From: Octopus vulgaris
Taxonomy: Eukaryota
Reading direction: 5' to 3'
DNA length: 64,000 nt
Assembly: GCA_951406725.2 (NCBI GenBank)
Contig: OX597823.1
Coordinates: 31,930,001-31,994,000, forward strand
How positions within the stretch are numbered: position 1 is the first letter of the stretch; each line of letters starts with the position of its first letter. This document shows, in pieces, positions 38,693 through 50,552 of the stretch. The notes under the pieces are model-generated. The model saw only the letters and a program-made list of their open reading frames with translations. It was not told where the DNA came from and ran no database searches. The position numbers were made by a program, and so were the translations under genes.

Positions 38693-41600
38693 ATAGTTAT
38701 TTTATATTGAAGAGAATTATTTATACTGAAAGGGAAGTGGTATTAGATTATTAACCTTATCTTTTCTGGAGCTTTTCATTTGTAAAAACCAATATTTTTA
38801 CCTACTTTAGTGTGTCCATTCATCATTTACATTGCCAGTATTCAAACACGTTTTTATTTCATGCAAGGTTCTTAAACTTTTACCCATAAGACTAGTCACA
38901 CACAAATAATACAAATGTTTATCAATTTAAGAAGTGCTTAGCCTTTTTTATGATCCTACTTCTAACAACAACAACAACAACAACAACAGACTGAATAGTG
39001 TGTTTCAATAAGACTTCAGAATAGTTAAGAATCTGGAGGAGATTTTGTTAAAATGGTTGATACAATATTTATTATTTGTTTACAGTTAACTGGTGTTTGG
39101 GACCCCACGAAAAAGTAAATGTTTCTAGCAAATCAAATCTCATATCATTATTCATATAGAAATGTTATGATAATGTTATTCATATAATTGTGACATTTCC
39201 ACCAATGTTTTTAAATAAATATGAATATTTTAACCCTTTTGACACTATATTGCCTGGGACTGTCTATGATTCAGTGATATAAACTTTCTGCTTTTAAATA
39301 ATTTAAATTAAAATCTTTTTTAGAATTTCATGTTAATTTTGTTTAATGACTAAGTTATTTTATTAACTTACTCATTATTTCCAAAATTAATTGAAACAAA
39401 GGCAGTGTTGTTCAGCAGAAATATGGTAATAAAAGGGTTAACATAAATGGTCTTAGACAAGGTTGTCTGCTTAGGGCCACATATCTTTATTGTTGCACAG
39501 CCCCAGGTTAACTCTAACCAAACAAAATAGGTGCTCCACTTGTCACCTGTGCAGTCTTTTTTTTTCGAAATGGGACAGTGTGATTTGAGGGAGCTTTGAC
39601 TTGTATATCTAACAGGCCAGGGACCACAAATGTTTGGGGGCCAATACATATCAATAGTAATGCTGGGTCTGGAAGTGACTGATATATTTGTTGGGTTTTG
39701 AAAACTATAAACTGAGCCAGGAAAGATGAGGTTAACAGTTGAAACCATTGTTCCATCAGTGTTTGTTAAATTATCGCCATTTCTATCTCTTCTCTTTGTT
39801 CCGAGTCAAGTTGTCAGTCAGACATTTCAACAGTATTTCCGTCCAAACTTCACAAACTTTAATCACAACAACTTTCTCAATTCCAGGTTTGATTTAAAAC
39901 ATAAATCTTCCCAGAAACATATTGCAAATACCTGGCTTGTTTGTCAGTGAAAGGAAAGAAATGACATGTGAAGTGATGATATTCATGCCTTTCTAAATGG
40001 TATTAGAATGTAAGAGAATGGTTGCAACATAAGATTTTATTGTCTGTCCAAATTTATGACAATTTCAGGAAGGAGATGATTTAGTGCTAAGGGGATGTCT
40101 TTGTAGTTTGTTTCAATAATAATACAGATTTCTTACCTTGGTACAAGATTCCAGATTTGTAGAGGAAAGAGTTTTAGTCAATTAAATCAGTCTCAGAAGG
40201 ATGAAGATAAAGTTGACTTCCAGCAGGACCGAAACTGTTGATGCTACTAAATACTATAAGCTATTTAACCTATTGCTACTGACACATCATCTAATAACGA
40301 TTGACCAATGCTTTACCACTTACTCCATGGATAGCAGTTCAATCCTTACTTCTGCTGTGGCTGCTGACCTTCTTTTATCTTTAGCTTGTTTCAGTCATTG
40401 GACTGCAGCCTTGCTGGGTTGAAGGGTTTTAGTTGAATAAATCAACCCTGATACTTGTGTCTTTTGTTTGAAGTTTGGTACTTATTCTCTCAGTCTCTTT
40501 TGCCAAACCACTAAGTTATGGGGATGTAAACAAACCAACACTGGTTGTCATGTAGTGATGTGGGGATGGATGAGCGACAAACACAGGTACAAAGATGGGT
40601 AAATAATTTTGTTAGCTAGGAAGCGACTGAGACAAACTACCAGGTACCACTCTTATTTCATAGTTGAGCACTTAGCAGTGGGTGGTGGATACATCCTAAT
40701 GTTAAGACCCTTAATTAGTTCTTAATTGTTCTGATGTGGTAGAAAGAATCATTCTACTTATGCTGTTTATATAAAGTGCTTTTTAAAAAAAGTGAGAGAA
40801 GCATGAATGTCACCAAATCTTGTCAGCACTCCTACACAAAGCTATCACATCCATGTTAGAAAACTATAATATAAGAAAAAAAATACATCATTAAAGAACA
40901 AATAAAATATGTAACATAAAAATGTGTAAAAATTTTATTTCTCTGCAATAATTAACAATTTAATGGTTTTAAAAAGCACCCATTACACTCTCGGAGTGGT
41001 TGGCTAACTACATCGCTACATCTGCCACATTCAAAGCCTATCTTTTCTGGCAGTTTGCCTGTGATCCTTTGTATTGCTGTGATTAAGAAATTTGTTTTCT
41101 GGTCACATGGTTTCGAGTTCAATCACCCTGCGTGGCACCTTGGGCAAAGTGTCTTCCACTACAGCCCCACGCTGGCCAAAGTTTTATGAGTGAATCTAGG
41201 AGACAGAAACTGAAAGATGCCCATCAAGTGTGTGTGCGTGCGTGCCTCCTTGACTTGACATTACATGAAAGCTGTAAATGAGAGTCACTGTTATACAAGT
41301 GGTGTCATTCATTTACAGTCTTCTATGAAAATCTGTCATGGAGAACTTTTACTTTGCTTAAAAACAAGCGAGAGCAACATGAAGAGCATCCAGCTGGAGG
41401 AAATCCACCTCACTGAATTCTGTCTGACTCATGCCAGCACGGAAAAGGGGACATCATGATGATGATGAATACTAGACAGGTTATGGTCACAGAACAGACA
41501 AACAAAAACAAGAGATTGTAGTTTTTCTTCTTTTTTTTTTTAATTATTTTATTCAATTTCAACTTGAAACAATAAAATAGCAACAACAGAAATTATAATC

Positions 41601-42128
41601 TAATACTCAGAATATAATTTCTTCAAAACCTTTGGTATCTCCTTTTGTTCTATAATAAATAAATAAATATAAATAATAAGAATACATAACAAACAATGGA
41701 AGTTCTTTTTTGTTCTGGAATTGATTGGAACACAGTGAAAGAATATTATTTTAAATAGTTTTAAAACATAGTTTGGTGTTTGTTGTATAGACTACTGGAT
41801 TGTTTTTGATCTAGTTTCTTCCTGGTGACAGTCAATTCTTTGGTTGGTCGATTCCAATGAGAAATGGTGAAATAAATAGATTTCCTCCTCCAAACTGGAC
41901 AGACTGGTGGATGATGTGAGTTAAAAAATTTTGGCAATAATGGGTGGTAGACTAAGATGGAACCTGGAATAAAAGAGAGACGCTGTTTTGGAGTGATGAA
42001 TGCCACAAAACAAATGGTACAAGAGATCAAGGAATATTCTTCCAAAGCAAACACTTTTGACAATGGTGATACTGATGGTACTACCCTTACCACCCACATC
42101 ATATCATTCATTACCAGCAGCAGCGACG

Positions 42129-42263
42129 TCAGATTAGTGGAGCAACATAATCCGTATAATCAGTGTTAATTTTACTTTTTTCCAAAAAAGAAAGGCAGTG
42201 CCTGCCAAACAAGGACAGACTGAGAGTATTAAGGGCCCAATTGACCGACAGCTCAGTCCATCT
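42129..42263 (-). CDS. minus-strand gene last coding exon G
   Basis: caacag|AGA...TGA; RWTELSVNWALNTLSLSLFGRHCLSFLEKSKINTDYTDYVAPLI*; followed by non-repetitive UTR-like sequence and AATAAA at 41553-41548. Confidence 0.7.
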   Translation of the reverse strand, partial: RWTELSVNWALNTLSLSLFGRHCLSFLEKSKINTDYTDYVAPLI

Positions 42264-44708
42264 CTGTTGCCAAAGGACAACAAGAGAATCAAATGGATTT
42301 GACAAATAATAAGATGAGTGAATCAAATAAATTGATCAATGTGCTTGGATGATGAGGCAGGCAAATCAAATACGCTTAGATGAGGGAGTGGATTAATGAG
42401 GTGGGCTGGATAATAACATGAGTGAATGAAATTATCTTCAATGACAGGAAGAATAAATATAATGGTCTTAAATGACAGAGAGGTTTATACTGTTACTATC
42501 CATAAAGAATTTGATAACTAGAGGGTTATAGTCTGTCACAGTGCTTCATAGAGTAACAGTTAAATGAGGAGTTTAAAAGAAACCTTTTGCTTTTCTCCTG
42601 ACTTAGCAGCTTAAAGGAGTAATAAAATTTGCTGTACAAACATAAGGAAGCTAAAATTTAATTATAAAAACATCTCAGCCCAACAAGAGGTTCATCAGCA
42701 TCATCATCATTTAATGTCTGTTGTCCATGAGTTGGATAGTTTGACCAGAGCTAACAAGCTGGAGAGCTGCACCAGACTCCAGTCTGACTTGACATGGTCT
42801 CTATGGCTGGATGTCCTTCCTTAATGCCAACCACTTTACAGAGTGTGCATTGGTTTGGTCATGCAATGTGGATGGATGTTGACAGCTCCATAAAGAAGTG
42901 CCAATCACTCCTCCAATTACATGGAACATGTGGAAGTGGAAAACCCAAGAAGACATGGGATAAAGTACTGAAGAACAGCCTCAGGATGCTGAACCTTTCA
43001 GGCGAGATAACAAAAGACCAAGATGCCTGGTGCCTTGCTGTGCTGAAGAAGCCCCGTGCTCCACAGCAGAAGTGTTAAGACCAGTTCCCCACTGGTGGAG
43101 AGGTTTGGCCCGCAAGAGTCCTGTGCATGTGCCATGTATATTGTTTCATTGTTAGTTTTTATTTACCTACAAACAAATATTTTATTTCAAATATTTACAT
43201 GAGCATATATGGGGTCCCCAGATGATAAGATAACTCACAGGGGGTCTTCAAACAAAATAAGGTCAGGAACCCCTATGTTAAATGTTCCAACAGATAAACC
43301 ATGTTAACATGGAACTTATTCGATATTCATCATTGTTTTTACATCTGCTTTTCCATGTTGGCATGGGTTAGAGTGGGTGTTTTATGACAACAGCATTTTC
43401 TGAGGTCACCCTCAGTTGGTTGCCTCTTTACAACAAGCAGGGAAATGGTGAACCTACTCCAAAAAGTGGGGCAGATACAGTATTCAGTATAGACATGGAA
43501 TTCAGCAAACCCATGGAATCTCAAGAAATAACAGACTGAAAACAACTATTTTGAAGACAATGGAAAAGTAGACGACTCACTTCTGGTTCTTTGGCAGATT
43601 TAGAACAATTCCTTAGAGAACATCCTTCGATTTGAAACGGTAACCTGTTGACATTGCTGAAATGAAGACAGGCATACAGAACAGATATTATTGTTGTAGT
43701 AGTAGTAGTGATGGTGGTAGTGGTAGTAGTGTTGGTGGTGGTGTTAGTAGTAGTAGTGTTGTTGTTGGTGGTGGTAGTAGTAGTGTTGTTGGTGGTGGTG
43801 TAGTTATGGTGGTGGTGGTGGTTGATGAGCTAACTTTCTTTATTGGCATTGATTTGTGGACATAAGAGTTGTATTATCAAGATGGCTGAGCAGACATATT
43901 TGTGCAACAATGGATGCAGAATTTCCTGTAGAGTGAAATTAATACAAATGAGATAGGTTGCGAAATGGACAAGAATCTGATGGAAGTTATGTGGTAAATG
44001 AGTATATATTCACCTCTTTATACCTCTTCAATTTGTGTGAGTGAGAGAGAGGAGCTTTTCGGGTCTTGTCTACCTAATCCATTCCCAAAACTTTAGACCC
44101 TTGCCCAAGGACTGAACCACAAACTTGGTGGTTGGAAAGCAAACTTCTTAACCAAACAGCCATGCCTGTAACTTCAATCTCGCAGTTCAAAGCCTTATAT
44201 GAGGTCAATCAAATGGCATTTTATAGCCATTTAGATTTCATAGCAGTTGAATGGAAATTGAGAGGCCATTAAAAGACTCAGTCAGTTGAGTGTACCTATA
44301 CATGGTTGTTTGAACTGCTAGGAAAAGCAGCCAAGTAGCCCTCAAATTTCACCCTGTTAGCTAATGTAAGGAGACAATATATTAGATGATGTAGAACAAG
44401 AAACTTCTAAAAAGAACGATGGAATGCATTTGATCTTCGGTCTTCTCAATCAGGAATGATCTGGAACTAAACAATGTCAAAATGCTAAATAGGGTCCTTT
44501 TATTCTTTTATTTGTTTCAGTCATTTGACTGTGGCTATGCTGGAGCACCATCCTTTAGTCGAACAAATCAACCCCAGGACTTATTCTATTGGTCTCTTTT
44601 GAGACCACTAAGTTACAGGGACGTAAACACACCAACACTAGTTGTCAAGCTATGGTGGTGGAACACAGATGCACAAACATATACATACATAAACATATAC
44701 ATACATAC

Positions 44709-44744
<36 letters not shown>

Positions 44745-47700
44745 GACAGGCTTCTTTCAGTTTCCGTCTACCAAATCCACTCACAAGGTTTTGGTCAGTC
44801 CAAGGCTATAGTAAAAGACACTTGCCTAAGGTGCCACACAGTGGGACTGAACCTGGAACTATCAGGTTGGTAAGTAAGCTACTTACTACACAGCCACTCA
44901 GCAGACTTGGTAAAATCAAGACGGAATAGTATCATAAAAAAAAAACATACAGTTCTAGATTTAAGAGATGAGGAATTATTTACATTTGACGGATATTTGT
45001 CCTCATCTTCTTTGTTGTTAATACAATGTTTTGGTTGATATACCCTCTTAGGGAAATTTCGAACCTGGGTTCTCATTCCTAAGGCATTCTTCAATGTTAT
45101 CATTATTATTACTATTCAGGTCACTGCCTGGAATTGAACTTGGAATCTTGAGGTTAGTAGCCTGCGCTCTTAACCACTAAGCCATATTCCAATGGGCAAT
45201 TATGGAGTGAATTTTAGGGCTTATAAATCTAATATGGGAACCAGTATTAAGGAAGGACAGGAAAATATTAGATTTATAAGCCCTAAAATTCACTCCATAA
45301 TTGTCCATGGGCATATGGCGTAGTGGTTAAGAGTGCGGCCTACTAACCCCAAATTTCCAAGTTCAATTCCAGGCAGTGACCTGAATAGTAATAGTAATAA
45401 CATTGAAGAATGCCTTAGGAATGAGAACCCAGGTTCGAAATTTCCCCAAGACACCTGATGAAAGCCGAAATGTGTTAACAAATATCCGTCAAATGTAAAT
45501 AATATAAAAAAAAACCCATTCTCACATACACACAAAGAAAACTAGTGATGATATAAGTAAACTTACCTGAAAGGTAAATTTACAAAACTTTGGAAGGTAG
45601 CAGCTTTAGCTATTGAACATCTATAATCTTTAAACGGAACAACAGTTAGATAGACTTTAATAAAGAAACAGACAAAGATGTTTTTCAACAGAAGATAGGC
45701 TGAAATATGAAACCAATTTAAGGATTGTAAATGAAATATTGTGATGAGATTATTGGAATGCAATTTCAGAACACAAATATGATGAAAACTGTTTTCACAT
45801 CCTATCTATCTCTTTATGGATGCATGCATGCAGCTGACACTCTTCAACTACAGATGACATTTGTCCTCTGGGCAGCAACTTTTCTTCCCCTCACAGAACT
45901 TTTTCGACATTGTTTCATCCCAGTTGTTTTTATTGTCAGCAAGCAAACCAGGGCTGTATATATTTCCCTCCAGCATGAAAGACACTATGTGCTTGCAGCC
46001 AGCATGCCTGTAGTATTCTCAATATTCCCAAGTGCAATCACCATTGTGCACCTATCATTAACCTCTTCGTTATTGTATTTATTTTGAGATGCTCTATGTT
46101 ATTTTTTTCAATTAATTTTAAATATAACAAAGAATTTACTAAAATAACTTAGTTATCATTCAGCTAGTGTTAGGAACATAAATTGTGACTAAGGTTTGGT
46201 GGAAGAATTTAATTCAAAACAAAACATTTGTAATACAGAACCAGACCCTGTTTCAGCCAGGTTGGTATCAAAACAGTTAAGAATTGTTTCTCTATTATAT
46301 ATTTTAACCCTTTTCTTACCATATTTCTGTTGAGATGCTCTGTGTTTCTTTCAATTACTTTAAGTATAACAAAGAATTTAGTAAAATAACTTAGTTATCA
46401 TTAAGCTAGTGTTAGGAACATAAATTGTGACTAAGGTTTGGTGGAAGATTTTAATTCAAAACTTATGAAAACAAGATATTTATACTAAAGAGCCGGAGCC
46501 AGTTTCAGCCGGGTTGGTAACAAAAGAGTTAACATTCTAACTAGTAATATGCCATAACCAGAATATTCTGCTCAACAATATAAATACACACACACATACA
46601 CACATATATATACATTTTTTCCATGCTAATGTGGATTGATGTGAAGGCACATGGCTCAGTGGTTAGAGCATCGGGCTTATGATCGTGAGGTTGTGAGTTC
46701 GATTCCCGGACCGGGCTGCATGTAGTTATTTTGAGCAAGACACTTTATTTCACATCGCTCCAGTTCACTCAACTGTAGAAATGAGTTGCGTCGTCACAGG
46801 TGCCCAGCTGTATCGGCCCCTTTGCCTTTCCCTTGGATAACGTCAGTGGTGTGGAGAGGGGAGGCTGGTATGCATGGGCGACTGCTGGCCTTCTACAAAC
46901 AACTTTGCCTGGAATTGTCCCTCGGAGGGTAACTTTCTAGGTGCAATCCCATGGTCATTCATGACCAAAGGGGGGAGGGGGTCTCCTCCATGGATTGGTA
47001 TATAGGACTAAACCCACTGTCCCTCTCACACTCGTTCTGCTATGCTGACATGGGTTGGCAAGTTATCAGCCATTATATATAGTCCTCCATCGCCATCTTC
47101 ATGTATGTGTTGAAAAACAAAAATTAAAAACCAAGAACAAAAAAGGAAAAAAATTAGCAAAAATAGAACAAAATTGAAACAATAGTAACAACAAAACTTA
47201 CTAGAATTGGTTTTGGTGAACTGTTGTGAAGCTGAATGAGGTAAAATTCTCCACGATACTTTACGTTTGTGAGGAAATTTTTCATGTGCTGTGCTGTCTC
47301 GGCGCTCAGTTTTCAAATGGTTTCTAGAGATGGTGTTGGATCTGAGACTGTTTACTGCTGGTTTTTTCTTGAACAAACTATATTTTCGTTTCTTTTTCGG
47401 TGGCATATTTCTGCAGATACATGGCAAGAAAGTGAAGAGATCACAGTAAGTAACACACTTGTGTATAAGACATGTATCATGGAGAAATTACATCAACATA
47501 TTCAATACATGCAACATTCATAAATATATATATATATTTATATATAAATATATATATATATATAATACAGAAATGGGACAAGAACACGCAAAACATCCGG
47601 ACAGCTAGGTGATACAAAAAGGGACAAAACATCCAGATAGACGATACAAAGAAAACAAGGACGGGTCATTCAAAGTTTTCTTTCCTCAGTCAAGCACCAG

Positions 47701-49043
47701 ATTATCCTTGCAATATACAAGAAATAATATTTGTCTCTTCTAATAGAAACAAAAGGGATTATAGGACTGCAAAAGAAATGCTCAAATATAAATGAGATTA
47801 AGATAAAGAAGCATTAGTTATAGAACAAACATTAAATATTTTAATCGTTTTATAAAACTTTTTTAGTCGATGGATATTTATTTTATTTTATTTTATTTTT
47901 ACCAATATTTTATATTAGGTTTTCTGGTAGTTTTTGAATTTTTAGCCGTTTATATTTAACATTTTTGATAAGCTGTTCTATTCGTATTTTATTCAAATAT
48001 ATATTTTTACCTTCTGTGATTTTATGTATATGTATTATTATTTTATGTGTTTGGGAACCATGGTTATTTTTATATTTGATTAAATGTTTGAGGGGTGGTG
48101 TTGTATGTAAAGTCGTTGGCCCAAATTTAATGTTTGTTCTATAACCAATGCTTCTTTATACATACATATATATATATATATATATACACACACATACATA
48201 CATACACGTATACACACATGCACACACAAAAATACATCATCATCATCATCATCATTATCAGTCATTTTAATGTCCACTTTTCCGTGTTTGCATGGTGCAG
48301 ACAAAATCTGTTGAAGTTGTGGCCAGACATACTTTCACTGAAGGGTACCATTTTCATGACATGCAGACACACATACACAGATGTACACACACACATATGT
48401 ATGTTTGTGTGGTTGGGAAGCAGATTTCTTACCAAACAGATATGCCTCTATGAATAACAAGTTTATATACATATGTACATACATACATACATGCATGCAT
48501 ATAGACAGACAGATATATATATATATATATATACATACATAGACTCACACACATATATATGTACACATACGCAAATACACAGAGATGTGTTAGTGTTAAT
48601 ATATTTGATGCAGTGTGTATTATTACACACACACACACACGGACACACAGTGATGCAAGCATGGATGAGTGATTAAGAAGCTTACTTCACAGCCTTAAAG
48701 TCCTAGGTTCAGTCCTACTGCGGGACAAATGTCTTGGGTTGACCCAAGCCTTATGAGTGAGAGTGTAGATGACGGAAACTGAGTAGAAGCCTGCTCAGTG
48801 GTTACTGTAATATTACACAGTGTCATGTTGATTCATCCCAAGAATTATATTTTGTTTTTCGCATTTTCAGAGAGGAATACTCAGCAATATTGAAATGCTA
48901 ATTCAATGAGTGGATAGTCCAGTTGGTCAAACAACTGGACACATTCACATGGAGAAATTGCCAGGAGATTCCATTATCATGAGTGTACATGTGATGTGGA
49001 CGGGTGTGCGTGTGTGTATATGTATGTATGTATATATATATAT

Positions 49044-49075
<32 letters not shown>

Positions 49076-50521
49076 TTAACGTCCGCTTTCCATGCTGGCA
49101 TGGGTTGGACGGTTCAACTGGGGTCTGGGAAGCCAGAAGGCTGCACCAGGCCCAGTCTGATCTGGCAGTGTTTCTACAGCTGGATGCCCTTCCTAACGCC
49201 AACCACTCCGTGAGTGTAGTGGGTACTTTTTATGTGCCACCGGCACAGGTGTCAGACAGGGCTGGCAGACGGCCACGATCGGATGGTGCTTTTTACGTGC
49301 CACCGGCAACGGGGACCAGACGAAGCTGGCAACGGCCACGGTCGGATGGTGCTTTTTACATGCCAAACGAAATACACACACACACAAGGTTGAGACAAAA
49401 CGTTTTTTGCATTTTCACAGATGGTATTTGGCAACTTATACCTCCATTCTCTCTCATTAATTTGATACAACCGTTGTGGTGCAGCTGTTGCTGAATTGTT
49501 GGTTCTTTATTTTACACCTTTGATAACGAGTGGTGGAAAGAATTGTAATTACACCCATTTTACACTACCTGTGTGGGGGGGGGGACTAAGTGCAAGGGCA
49601 GTAGCAACAGAAACTATTGATCCAAAAGGACCAGGAACTATTAACAAACATGTGGTATCAAAACTGGTTCAGATATTTCAAAGAAGGTGACACCATCTTC
49701 AAAGACAAACCAATGTCAGGGAGACCTTCTGTTGAAGAAGATGAGGCCTTGTTTGAGATGGTCAAACAACAGCCAACTGCAAGCACTTGTACATTGTCTG
49801 CAAAACTTGGTCCTTCACAAAATATCATCCATCTACACCTCCATAAGCTTGGCCTAGGAACAGATGCTGTCAAGAAGCTTCTCATGACCTGACTAATGAC
49901 AAAGTTCAATGATGTGTGGAAACTTGCAAACAATTGCTAGGAAATCCTCAAGATAGCTGTTTTGGGCACTGAATTGTAACTGGGAATGAAAAATGGATTA
50001 ACTTTTGTAATTCTAATAAGAAAAATCAGTGGCTTTGTTCCAGCCAGACTTCAGAATCTGTTGTCACATAGGGGTGATTTCAACATAAAATCACACAGTA
50101 TGTTTCGTGGAATTTGGAGTGGGTGTTGCCCTTTGAGCTTGTCCCAGATGCTCATGTGAATGCTAACCTTTATACTCAACAACTGCAACAAGTATATGAT
50201 GCTTTAAAAGCCTGCTAACCAGCATTCAATCAAAGACATGCACTGCTACAGCATGGCAACGCCCCAGGACATACTGCTAATGTGACTAGATTGCTGCCTT
50301 TACTGAGCCATTGCTCATTTCCTGCCTGGACGGAGGTTCAACAATGTGGATGAGGTTGAAAACGGATGCAGGGAGTCTTTTGCCGCCAAACCAACCAAAT
50401 GGTAAAAGCATTGAAATGAGCTTCTGGCACAACGATGGCAATAGAATACGATGGGGTATATGTTGATGAATAAACGCTTTTTGTATGCAATTTGTTTGAG
50501 CCCTTAATTAAAGCTAGAAAT

Positions 50522-50552
<31 letters not shown>

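Noticed and set aside
39368-39950. Overlapping ORFs downstream of the TTC26 stop
   Set aside because: No recognisable protein motifs or splice-compatible boundaries; likely 3' UTR or intergenic, partly MITE
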